Positions 53,807 through 64,000 of a DNA stretch of 64,000 nt are shown here, in pieces. Source of the stretch: Candidatus Methanomethylophilaceae archaeon (GTDB taxonomy: Archaea > Thermoplasmatota > Thermoplasmata > Methanomassiliicoccales > Methanomethylophilaceae); contig CALUHR010000008.1 of assembly GCA_944320495.1 (NCBI GenBank), positions 32,001-96,000 on the forward strand, given 5' to 3'. A program made the position numbers and the translations under genes. Every line of letters begins with the position of its first letter. Positions within the stretch are counted from its first letter, which is position 1. Below the pieces are notes generated by a model. That model was not told the DNA's origin. It ran no database searches and saw only the letters and a list, made by a program, of their open reading frames with translations.

Positions 53807-55873
53807 ATGATGGGAATGTTCTGCCCCAGATGTCATGCCCTCGTGTCCCCGACGGATGCGAGATGCCGCTCCTGCGGCGCACCCCTGGACAGCCTGGTGG
53901 AGAGCAACCAGTCGGTCCTGGACGGCGTCGCCGAGAGGCCGAGGAGGGCGGAACCCGAGGTCACCGAGGTGAAGGGCGCCCCGTACATGCCATACGAGCC
54001 GCGCGGATGCCAGATGGACATCATCACGGACATGGTTAAGGCCCTTGACTCCGGGAGGCACTTCGTCATGGAGTCGGGCACCGGCACCGGCAAGACCATC
54101 GTGTCGCTGGCCGCATGCCTCGACCACGCCTCCCGCACGGGAAAGACCATCGTCTACCTCACCAGGACCATCTCTCAGAGCGACCAGGTGATGAGGGAGC
54201 TCCGCGCCATCTCCAGGATCAGGCCCGTATCGGGCATCACGATCACCGGCAGGGGGAAGTCCTGCCCGCTCTTCAGGGGCCTGAAGGACTTCGACTCCAT
54301 TCCGTCGAACGTCCTCTCGATGATGTGCAACGACGCCCGCGAGAAGAGCCGCCACGGGAAGGCGGGGGGATGCAGGTACTTCGACCGCGTGGAGATGTCC
54401 CTGCCGCAGATCGAGTCATACGTCAGGACGAGGTTCCCCACCTCCGACGAGCTGGACGAGTACTGCATCAGGATGCAGGTCTGCCCCTACGAGGCCAAGA
54501 AGGCGCTCATGAAGGGTTCTGAGGTGGTGGCCGCACCTTACGTCCACATCCTCGACCCGGACATCAGGGACAGCCTCATGACCAACCTAGACAGGCCCGG
54601 GGACCCGAGATCCCTGCTCATCATCGTGGACGAGGCCCACAACCTCGTCGACGCGGCGAGGGAGAGCGAGACGTTCAGGATCGACCGCGCCCTCGTAGAC
54701 GCCGCCGTGGACGAATGCTCCACGTTCTCCCACCAGCCGGAGGTCGGGGACAGGATACTCCTCTCCGAGTTCCTCGGGACCCTGAAGAGGGCCATTCGCG
54801 CCGCCGCGATCGAGCTCATCCCCATGGGAAAGGACACCGTCGCCATCCGGGACGACCGCATCGAGAGGACCATCATGGACAAGTTCGGACTGTCCCCGTC
54901 CGAGCTCCAGGTGGCCATCGAGGACGCCATAGACCTCGGCGAGGCCAGGACCGACAAGCTCCTCGACAGCGGGGAGAACCGCGTCTCCGACATACAGGAG
55001 GTCGCGGTGGCCCTGAAGTCATGGTGCGGAGCGGACTCCAAGCGCTTCGTCCGCACCATCCACGCCGACCGCGAGGGGGAGTTCCTCCGCGCGTACTGCA
55101 TCGATCCCAAAGAGATCTCGATGTTCCTCAACTCCACATCGGGGACCGTCCACATGTCTGGGACGCTGCATCCCATGGACCAGTACGCGAGGGTCATCGG
55201 ACTCTCGAGCAACTGCACGTTCCGCAGGTACCCATCCCCTTTCCCGCCGGAGAACCGCCTGGTGGTCTACACGCCCCATCTCACCACCAGATGGCAGGAC
55301 CTCAAGGCCAATCCGGACATGAGGGCGAGGCTGGAGAGGACCATAGCGGACCTGTGCAACTCCGTCGACAAGAACACGCTCGTGTTCTTCACATCCTATG
55401 CCAGCATGCAGTCCATGCGCGGATACCTGGAGGAGCACATCCACAAACGCCTCTACTGGGAGCAGTCTAGGAACAACCGCGCCAACGCCTCCGCGCTGTC
55501 GTCCTTCAGGGCGAGACGCGACGGGGTGCTCTTCTGCGTCATGGGCGGCAAGTTCGCCGAGGGCATAGACTTCCCCGGCGAGGAGCTGTGCTTCGCCGTG
55601 ATCGTCGGCATCCCCTATCCCCCGCCGTCACCCGACCTGGACGCCATGTCGGACATGTTCGAGTCGCGCTACGGACAGGGCAAGGGTTTCGCCTACACGT
55701 CGTCCATCCCCGCCCAGAGGAAGCTCAAGCAGGCCATCGGGCGCCTCATCAGGACGGAGACCGACCGCGGGATGGCCGTCATCCTCGACAGCCGCGCGTC
55801 CAGGTTCGCCAAGGACCTCGATGCGAGACCGTCGGACGACCCGGTGGGCGAGGCCGCCAGGTTCTTCCGCCGA
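53807..55873 (+). CDS. xpd: XPD/Rad3-like SF2 helicase with N-terminal zinc ribbon; ends at CGA
   Basis: CPRC..CRSC, ESGTGTGKT, Fe-S cysteines, DEAHN, SGT, EGIDF, QAIGRLIR. CGA at 55871-55873, four codons before TAA. Confidence 0.88.
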
Positions 55874-56006
55874 GAGCGTGTCTAATGATAGCAACGTAAC
55901 AGAACCATTCGTTCGGTGAAACGGATGATGCATGTACGTATGACATGTCACAATCGATCATAGTGATTAAGCAACGCGTATATAGGGGTCCGCGATTCGT
56001 CGGCGC

Positions 56007-56963
56007 ATGGCATTGCTTGAGACCCTCGAGGACATCAAGGTCTGGATAGTCGCGGCCATAGTGCTCGCCCTTCTGATAGGGTTCGACAGCCCCGATGCGT
56101 CCACCATCATGATGGTGGCCCTCATCGCCCAGATGGCCGTCGCGCTCGACGGGATCCAGTTCAGCAGGAGCGACTTCGGCACCTACAGGAAGCCGATCGT
56201 CGTCAACATCGTCTGCTGCTTCGGCATCTGCACGGGCTTCACACTCCTGACCGGTCTGCTGTTCATCGACGACACTGCCCTCTGGACGGGCTGGGTGATG
56301 CTCTCGGCCGTACCCTGCGCCATATCCGTGGTCCCGTCCGCCCTCTATCTAAGGGCGGACCCCAAGCTCGCGGTGCTCTCCCTCACCGTGATCTATGTTG
56401 TGGCCCTGGCGGTCACCCCGCTCCTGACCCATGTGCTGATCGGCGACTCCGTCAGCCCGCTCGAGGTGCTCAGATACATCCTGATGTTCATCCTCATCCC
56501 GTTCATCCTCACGATCCCGCTGAAGCGGCTCCATCTGAAGAGGGTGCCCAAGACGCTCTTCATCAACCTGATGATGTTCGTCCTGGTGTTCGTGGGACTC
56601 GGATCCAGGCAGGAGTTCGTTTTCGGCGAACCGATGGTGGTCCTGGCACTCGTGATCGCCTGCATGTTCAGGATCTTCCTCGTCTCGACCGTGATCGTCC
56701 TCGCGATGAGGAGAATGGGCTGCAACAGGGACAACGGTCTGAACTACGTCACTTTCTGCTACTGGAAGAACTCCGGGATGAGCGCATCCCTCACGATGGG
56801 GCTCTTCGCCGCCACCATGCCGGAGGCCGTGCTCCCCTGCGTGATATCCCTCATCGTCGAGGCCGTGTGGTTCGCCATCCTGACGAAGTACATCGACAGG
56901 ATGTGGCCACCTAAGATGTCGACGGACGATATGCTCACTGCAGAGGCGAACCTGACGTCTTGA
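56007..56963 (+). CDS. Bile acid:Na+ symporter/ACR3-like membrane transporter
   Basis: About nine TM helices; AVPCAIS and WKNSG motifs resembling the BASS family. Confidence 0.65.
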   Translation: MALLETLEDIKVWIVAAIVLALLIGFDSPDASTIMMVALIAQMAVALDGIQFSRSDFGTYRKPIVVNIVCCFGICTGFTLLTGLLFIDDTALWTGWVMLSAVPCAISVVPSALYLRADPKLAVLSLTVIYVVALAVTPLLTHVLIGDSVSPLEVLRYILMFILIPFILTIPLKRLHLKRVPKTLFINLMMFVLVFVGLGSRQEFVFGEPMVVLALVIACMFRIFLVSTVIVLAMRRMGCNRDNGLNYVTFCYWKNSGMSASLTMGLFAATMPEAVLPCVISLIVEAVWFAILTKYIDRMWPPKMSTDDMLTAEANLTS

Positions 56964-57047
56964 TCGCATATGACCGTCACGAGTCTCGCTCAGAGATGAG
57001 AGATGAGAGGAGTAACCGCTCAAATATCCAGACCTCACTTTCCGAAC

Positions 57048-57395
57048 ATGGACTGCAAGACCATCGCCGTGGCCGTGGTTTCGATACTGATTGGAATCGG
57101 CATAGGTTATGTGGCATTCCATGAGAACGAGAACGTAGTCGAGTATTCCTACGGCACCGATAACAACTGGGGTGACATGGTGAGTTATGAGGTCTTCCAT
57201 GATTCCGCCAAACCAGTGTGGGTAACGGCAGAGGTCGGTGGACAGAAAGTCATACTCAAAGATGGCGACAGGATTCTCGCCTCCCCAGGCGATAGCTTCT
57301 CGCTCACCTTCTCGAATCCGACAGATTACGGAATCGATGAGCTGAGGGATCACATCACACTGTACTTTGACGGAATCGAAGGGAAGAGGTTATGA
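57048..57395 (+). CDS. Hypothetical secreted/anchored small protein
   Basis: N-terminal hydrophobic helix, 115 aa, lower GC. Confidence 0.5.
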   Translation: MDCKTIAVAVVSILIGIGIGYVAFHENENVVEYSYGTDNNWGDMVSYEVFHDSAKPVWVTAEVGGQKVILKDGDRILASPGDSFSLTFSNPTDYGIDELRDHITLYFDGIEGKRL

Positions 57396-57926
57396 TTTCA
57401 TTCCCGCAATTGCTTCCGCCATATACACAGTACCTTGCCGACATGGTTCTCTCCATAGACCCCATCTGGAATTGTACGGTATCCTGAGGCCACACACCAA
57501 TGTCGAACCTGTCTTCAAGATCGGGGACAACGTGATCGTCGACAAGCCCCCAGAGGGCTCCGAGGAGAGGTGGTTCGATGATACGCCGACATACCAACCA
57601 TTCATCGGGTACATCACGACGTGCTCTTCCTGTCCCATCGTGATACGATCGCCGACTGGCGACCGCGATTCCCATCATAGGCAGATCGGAAATCGTATGG
57701 TTCTGGTCAAAAACGTGGATTTGCTCGTATCCAAGAGTGACTCTTCCCCATACCAGAGAAATCTCTGAAGAGACAATCGCCTCGGAACTCAGGAGCATGC
57801 GGGAGAGGGAGAGAAGCTGGGTTCGACACACAGCCCGTTACGTCAGATGCGGAAGCGGAAAGAACATCGACCTTTGACATGAACAAAGATGCCTGTTCAC
57901 ACCGACACGCGACCTGAACCTTCCCC

Positions 57927-57933
57927 TTAAATA
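57927..57933 (+). promoter_or_regulatory. TATA box of tRNA-Ser
   Basis: TTAAATA about 25 nt upstream of the tRNA 5' end. Confidence 0.55.
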
Positions 57934-57957
57934 CGGCATGAATCTACACCGAATGAG

Positions 57958-58041
57958 GCGGAGGTAGCCGAGCGGCCCAAGGCGCTGGTCTTGAAAACCA
58001 GTGGAGGATTCTCCTCGGGGGTTCAAATCCCTCCCTCCGCG
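57958..58041 (+). tRNA. tRNA-Ser (anticodon TGA)
   Basis: Acceptor stem GCGGAGG/CCTCCGC, anticodon arm CTGGT-CT TGA AA-ACCAG, long variable arm, T-loop TTCAAAT, discriminator G, no encoded CCA, followed by TTTTT. Confidence 0.95.
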
Positions 58042-58272
58042 CTTTTTGATCAATCTGAGCGTATCGGGTGACCTGTAGGTACACTCCGCATTGTCAAAGA
58101 AAATGTCAGGCCCAGAGATGTCTCCCGATCGATGAATCGCGGATCGCCTCACTCATCCCTCGGGTGAGTGGTCCGCATACCGATCGCCGCAGAAGCGATT
58201 GAGTGCACAGAGCCTGTTCCCGGGTAGTCTACGCTGAATCTGTTATCGTCGGACGGATACGTCGGATTGCGG

Positions 58273-61200
58273 TCGAACCTCCGGCAGCCAGTCCCCGCCG
58301 AGCCTCACGTCCTCGACCCTGCCGTTGAGATTCCTGTAGGTGAGCGTCACCCCCATGCCCCCGTCCACGGTCACCGTGGTCAGGACACCGGCGCGGTTGG
58401 ACATCGGGTCCCTCTCGCGCATGAGGACGGCCAGGGAGGACCATCTTCCCGACATCGCCCTGTCGCGGATCCCCGCGAGCCGCGACGGGTCCATCTTCGA
58501 TACCGCGGCGATGTTCGTCTCGAACACCATCGAGACCCTCCCTCCGCGGGTGTCGAGGTCGAAGCAACAGTACGGGCCGTCCTCCTCCCAGGTCCCGTCC
58601 ACAGGCTCGAACATCCCGCGGAAACGCTCCGCACCCTCTGGGTCCGTCAGGATGCAGTCGATGGTCCTGAGCTTGCCGTCGCTCGCCGGGTCGTCACCGG
58701 CCTGGAGGACCGCGTCCGCTCCGGGGTCGATCCAATGGAACTCGAAGCGGTCGAGATCGTATCCCGCCTCGATCTCCGAGGCGAGGGTCTCGAACTCGTA
58801 GTCGCCGGGCACCAGCTCCAGCCCCCTGCGGACCGCGTCCATCGCCGCAACCCTGTCGCCGAAGTGGGCGCGCAGCTTGGCGACCTGCAGCCACACCCAT
58901 GGATAGCACGGCTCCTCGACGGCCCCCCTCTCGGCGTATACCAGCGCCTCCTCGAGGCGACCGCAGTACATCAGGGCGCAGGAGTAGCGGTAGAACCATG
59001 TCCCGCAACCCGATGCCGCGGATTCCGACGAGGGCATCCACCGTGCAGCGCGCCAGTAGTGGACGTAGTCCCCGATGTTCAGGCAGGCGTAGGAGAACCA
59101 AAGCGCCACGTCCAGGTCCCTCTCGACTTGTCTCGAGCTGAACCTCCCCGACCTTATCCCGTCGTTGAGGGTTTCTACCAGGTCACCGAGCATCGCGTGA
59201 TACCGCCCGTCGATCTCCCCCTCATAGGAGGAGAGGCGCTCGACGTCCTCCTGCGACAGGATGGGCTCCGCGGGATCCTCGGGAACGGTGCGGTCCATGA
59301 CCCTGACCGAAGGGCAGTCCCTGCGGAAGCTGTGGAAGCTGGCCCATGCCAGGTCAGTCCCCTCGAAGAAGCGGGATGCGGCGGAGAGCGTGCGCTCCAG
59401 GTCCCAGGCCATGAGGTCGATGTATCCGTACCGGGTCCCGGTTGCTCCTCCGATGATGCGTACGGAGTCCTCGCCCGCCTCGGCGACGATGGCTTCGGAT
59501 GCCGCGTCGCGGAAGCGGAGGATGTCCCCGGAGCGGTCTTCCCCGGCGAAGCCGTCGAGCGGGAATATCAGGAACCCCGCCACGGCGCCGTCGGCGTGGA
59601 GCATGTCCGCCGAGGCGTCCTCGCAGGAGATGTAGCTCCCCACGAGCTTGGCGCAGGAGGTGACGCCGACGACCACGTCGGCCCTCCAGTCCGCCTCTGG
59701 ATCCTCCACGGGGTCGGACCTGTAGACCCTGCTGACGTTCAGGTACGAGTCGGCGTCGATCTCCATGTTGAAGCCCATGTCGATGAGACGGTCCCTGAGC
59801 TCCGACAGGCGGACGGTGTCCCCCTCCGGGGCCTTGCCGACCACGTCGATGCCGTCCAGGACCGACATGGCGGGGACCTCGCCGATGACCCTCTCCATCA
59901 GGTTGGCTACCATCCATCCCACATCGTCGGGTTCGGTGGAATATAGGCTGTCCAGCTTCCCGCAGTGCATCGTGAGCCTGACGAAGTCGCCGCTCCTCTC
60001 GATGGATACGTCCACGTCCTCAGGCGCTATCCTCACGCCGTCATGCTCGATCTCCATGCCGATGCCGGGAGGCCGGCCGGCGGTCACTCCCCATCTCCTC
60101 AGCACGTCCTCGGGCGCGCGCCTGATGAACTCGGAGATCTCGAACAGCCTCACCCTGTCCGCCTCCGGGGTCAGGATGAGATGGAACCTCTCGCCGTCAT
60201 GACCGATCTCGAAGGCGACATCCCCGAACGTGATATCCAGTATCCCATCGACCAGACCGATCAGTTCGCCCTCGACGACGGCACGGTCGGGATGGGCCAG
60301 GAGCCTCTCGATCTCGTCCATCTCCTCGGCGAACCTCCTCCATGTGAGCTCAGCGCGCTCGCGGAAGCATCTGTGGAAGCGGGGGTGCGCCAAACCGTTC
60401 AGACAGGATCCCAGCATCTCCCCCGCATCCGGATCGGTCTCGGCTGCCTTGGCGAAGTACGGAATCGCCTCCGGCTCCCTGTCCATCATGTAGTACGAGT
60501 ATCCCATGCGGTAGTTCCAGAGCGGATCGTCCGACTTGGCTTCCCGGATGGATTCGAGGATGGCTATGGCCTTGCGGAAGGGCTCAGGATCGTCCGGTCC
60601 GCCGATGTTGTTGTACGCCCTGGCGAGGATCCCGTACAGGTCGGGGGTCCTCTCGGACTCGGGCAGAGCCTCGATCGCCTCTATGATCCTCTTGTGGAGG
60701 CCCTCGACGTGCCAGCTCTCCAGCTGCTCCATCAGCGGGGATTGGTCTGCACCGGGGGAGGCGTCGCCGCCCGATGCCGCATCCCATGCGGGATCGTCCA
60801 TCACCTCCTCGACGGAGATGTCCATGCGGTAGAACGAGAGCATGTCGGAGAACGTCTCCCTGATGGAATCGACATCGGACCCCGTCATCCGGTAGCCCAG
60901 CTCGTCCTGGAGCTTCAGCACGCTTCCGGCCCTGGACCTCAGCTGGTCGATCATCTCCTGGCGGGACCAACCGCCCGTCGGTATCCAGAAGCTGAGGCCC
61001 CTGAAGATGTGCTGCGTACGCCTGAGGAAGTCCTCCGGGACCGATCCCCCGTCGGCCATCGCCCTGCAGAAGACGTATTCTTTCGGGAAAGGGCGCTCGT
61101 CTTGGAACGGCCAGAGGTCGGCCTCGGGCACCTCGGCGGACGCCTCTTTCTGGATGCCGTCCTCGGTGACGGGCTCATCGAGACGGACGATCCTCCTTAT

Positions 61201-61974
61201 CAGGAACCTTCCGGGGATCTCACCGTCCGGGCCGGTCTTTATCGGATTGAAATGAGGCGAGCATGGCAGGTATCCGAGCACGGGGCCGTATCCCGTGAGG
61301 ATGTTCCCGCCGAGGTCCCCGCCCCTGAACAGAGGGGTCTCTGAGCGTACCAGTTCGACCTCGAACGGGTCGTATGCGATGGTCAGACCGAACTGGTTCG
61401 CCTCTTCGAACACGCAGGGGCCGTCGAATCCCTCCAGATGCCTGAGTCCGGAGCGGAAATCGAAGCGGTCGCCCCAGAGGAACAGAGTCTTGGAGCCTCC
61501 GCCGCAGAGATACTCCCATTCATCCGATGTCGGGAGATCGAATCCCTCCTCCAGGGAGCCGAGAGCATCCTCGGTCCTCCCCTCGAACGCATCGGGCATC
61601 ATCTGCACGAGCATGGGCGGGACGACTGCTGTCCGAACGGAACCGATCATCCTCCTCAGCACCTCGTCGGGATCCCCCTCGTACCCGTGCTCCCTCAGGA
61701 CGCGTTCGATCTGGAAACGCGTCTCCCCGTCCAGATCCTTGAAGGAACCTCCCCATTCGAGGGTCACGGTGTCCCCCGGCACGAATACGAAGTAACGGCC
61801 GTCCCTCTCGAACACTGCGGAATAGGTGTAGATGCCCCATCTCTCGAACCTGCGGAAGCCGACGAGCGTCATGCCGTGGGATTCGCCTGCCGCACGGAGG
61901 ATCCTCTGCCTCGAATCGATTGTGAGAAGGTCGTATTCGTTCCTGTAGAGCCGGCGGAGGTCCTCTTCGTCCAT
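58273..61974 (-). CDS. Large multidomain protein (FGE/sulfatase-modifier-like N-terminus, two TPR modules); ends at CGA
   Basis: LPTSDEWEY motif, TPR LWNYRMGYSYY, second module WFYRYSCALMYCGRL. First CGA at 58275-58273 gives 1233 aa. Confidence 0.7.
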
Positions 61975-62218
61975 GGGATCGACACGATATCCGTCTCTTA
62001 TAATAAATACGTTTAGAGTTGTTACGTCCTTAACCGAATCCGCGACTGTGCGTTTGGAATTTCCGTCACCATCGCAGCCGATTCGGCCATTTCATTGACG
62101 ATATCAACATCCGATCTCATTCGCGGATGACTTTTGGGATTCAAACTTCATCAAATTAAAGACTTAGAAGATTTTGCAGTTTGTAAGATTTATAATGGAT
62201 GAAGACGATTGAGACCTC

Positions 62219-63286
62219 ATGTCCGACTTGGATTCCGCGCTCAAGATGCAGATCGACATGATCAGGGCACAGGCAGAGACCCAGAAGAACATGTACCGGC
62301 AGATGTACGGATCCGATCCGGCGATGGCCGAACAGTTCTGCGCCCAGATCGATCAGAACACCGAGATGCAGATCAACATGATCATGCAGATGATGGGCGG
62401 GAACCAGGATCCCGGGGAGGCCCTGCTCGACCAGATGTCGCATGCGAGGGACGTCCTCGGACAGCTCGGCTACGGTGAGGGAGAGATATCCGCAGCCATG
62501 GGCGACGACGCAGGGGACACCCTCACCGAGAGGGTTCTGGGGGACCTCGACCCGTCTGAGTTCGGATACGGCGACATCGTGACGGCCATCGCATCCCTCG
62601 ACGAGCTCGGGGAGATGACCCCCGCTCCGGCGGATGCCGACGGGATTCGCAGGTTCGAGATCCTCCTGACCGGCATAATCTCCACCCTCAACGACCATCT
62701 GCTGGACGGCCTGGACGTGGAGCCGAGGAACGCCGAGAGCACGGACCTGGTGAGATCCATCCTGTCGAACTACTGGGGAGTGGAGGGGAGGGAGAGTCTC
62801 ATCGACACCCTGAGGTACCTGATCGTGTCCGGACACACCATGGACTATGTGAGCGCACTGGAAGCCATATCGTCCGGCAAGGACGCCGCCGCGCTCCATA
62901 CCGAGGACATGGACGAGGAGGACATCGCGGTCTCCGACGCCAGGTTCGCGTTCACGGAGGCGTACGCCGGCAAGGTGGATCCGGTAATGCTCCGCGGGTG
63001 GGATCTGGGCAGGGCCGCCAACGTCACCCGCTGGGGATACTTCATCGGCTTCATCACCGAGGAGGAGGCCTGGGGACTCCTGGACCAGATAGCGGACGGG
63101 TGCATGGAGGCCTTCGACTCCTGGAGGTCCTTCGCCCAGTCGTACATCTTCGGGAGCATGTACTGGAAGTGCCCGTACGGCCCGGACGCATGCTACGAGA
63201 ACATCGCAGGCCTGATGTTCGCCGTGGAGCACCTGCTCACCGAGGGCGAATGGAAGGACTCCCCCTGGGCGAGCGGCAGGGCATGA
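62219..63286 (+). CDS. DUF1266-like protein with Q/M-rich N-terminus
   Basis: LSNYWGV..RESL, GWDLGRAANVTRWGY..GFITEEEAW, FDSWRSFAQSYIFG. Confidence 0.72.
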   Translation: MSDLDSALKMQIDMIRAQAETQKNMYRQMYGSDPAMAEQFCAQIDQNTEMQINMIMQMMGGNQDPGEALLDQMSHARDVLGQLGYGEGEISAAMGDDAGDTLTERVLGDLDPSEFGYGDIVTAIASLDELGEMTPAPADADGIRRFEILLTGIISTLNDHLLDGLDVEPRNAESTDLVRSILSNYWGVEGRESLIDTLRYLIVSGHTMDYVSALEAISSGKDAAALHTEDMDEEDIAVSDARFAFTEAYAGKVDPVMLRGWDLGRAANVTRWGYFIGFITEEEAWGLLDQIADGCMEAFDSWRSFAQSYIFGSMYWKCPYGPDACYENIAGLMFAVEHLLTEGEWKDSPWASGRA

Positions 63287-64000
63287 ACCTGGAGGAGCTC
63301 GAGGCGGCCTACGGGTACGGCGGGTCGCGCGAAGAGGTCATGAGGGTCGTCAGAAAGATAGACCCGTCAGAGACGGCGCCGCACGGAGTCACCGCCTTGC
63401 ACATCGCCGCCCGCCAGGTCGACCCCGAGACGATGGAGGCCCTCCTGGATAGGGGATTCCGTGCCGGCGCCACCGACGAGTACGGCAACACCCCGCTGCA
63501 TATCCTCGCGGTGCAGAGATGGGACGGCCGCGTGTCGAAGATGGCCGAATGCACTGACCTCCTGCTGACCCACCGCTGCCCTCCGTCGAGGAGGGACGAT
63601 CGCGGGAGGTGCTTCTATCACATAGCAGCGCAGATGCACAACCTGCCGATGATTTCCGTCATCGGCCAGAGAATGGTGCGCTGCGACGCCCTCCTCGAGG
63701 ACTCGGGGATGAACGCCCTGCACGTGCTGTGCGATTCGGCATCGAGCTACGACTACATCCGCGAGAGCAGACCCGAGGAGTTCGAGGAGAAGGACCGCAT
63801 GTGCCGCCGCATGGCCGAATGGCTGGTCGGATGCGGCATCGATCCGGAGGCGGAGACCAGGATCGGCAGGAAGGCCATCGACTTCGCCGTCGGGAACAGG
63901 ATCAAGCTGACCTCCTCTTTCCTCGCCGGGAACGACGATGCTGTCTCGGGAGGCATGGACCTCCACCAGGCCGTAACAGTGGACGATGCGGAAGCCATCT
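63283..64000 (+). CDS. Ankyrin-repeat protein (runs off the window end)
   Basis: ATGA overlap; GVTALHIAA, GNTPLHILA, GMNALHVLC. Absent from the track because it is open-ended. Confidence 0.85.
   Translation, partial: MNLEELEAAYGYGGSREEVMRVVRKIDPSETAPHGVTALHIAARQVDPETMEALLDRGFRAGATDEYGNTPLHILAVQRWDGRVSKMAECTDLLLTHRCPPSRRDDRGRCFYHIAAQMHNLPMISVIGQRMVRCDALLEDSGMNALHVLCDSASSYDYIRESRPEEFEEKDRMCRRMAEWLVGCGIDPEAETRIGRKAIDFAVGNRIKLTSSFLAGNDDAVSGGMDLHQAVTVDDAEAI

Noticed and set aside
57367-57768. 133-aa ORF with a FKIGDNVIV (KOW-like) segment
   Set aside because: It overlaps the previous gene, has no good start, and contains internal CGA codons. At most a relic.
57958-58041. tRNA with 'TGA' as a possible opal suppressor
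   Set aside because: TGA is the anticodon, which reads UCA (Ser). A suppressor would need anticodon TCA. The structure is an ordinary type II tRNA-Ser.
3734-61974. Motif-specific basecalling error (for example at a methylated site) as the cause of the CGA ends
   Set aside because: Flanking bases vary widely, both strands are affected, and the change appears only at gene ends. Not fully excluded without raw reads.
1-64000. CRISPR array, rRNA, IS transposase or selenocysteine readthrough
   Set aside because: I saw no regular repeat-spacer array, rRNA-like sequence, transposase motifs or conserved frames continuing past TGA.

Overview
GC-rich archaeal chromosomal segment. Thermosome, Nre, XPD, TATA-box promoters and a tRNA without encoded CCA show it is archaeal. 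Overall gene content and amber readthrough suggest Methanomassiliicoccales/Thermoplasmata (inference; no methanogenesis marker is in the window). It holds about 57 CDS, one tRNA-Ser(TGA) and two degraded gene relics. Housekeeping and repair genes include an AddAB-like pair, xseAB, trkAH, hisD-ppk-ppx, nre, thermosome, pdxK, ygiQ and xpd. Accessory blocks include an ATPase+DUF4435 (PARIS-like) pair, a redox cluster, tandem serine recombinases, tandem HipA-like kinases, Sel1 proteins and TPR/DUF4261/DUF1266/ankyrin genes. The main result is that the standard code does not fit. By hand count, 21 of 55 genes with a visible 3' end have an in-frame CGA where the protein should end; the others end in TGA (31) or TAA (3). 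I found no CGA inside any of the 9 coding regions I checked Arg by Arg. No real gene ends in TAG, and two genes carry an in-frame TAG in mid-protein. The window therefore reads best with CGA = stop and TAG = sense (probably pyrrolysine). Feature coordinates below use that reading, and differences from the supplied ORF track are noted.
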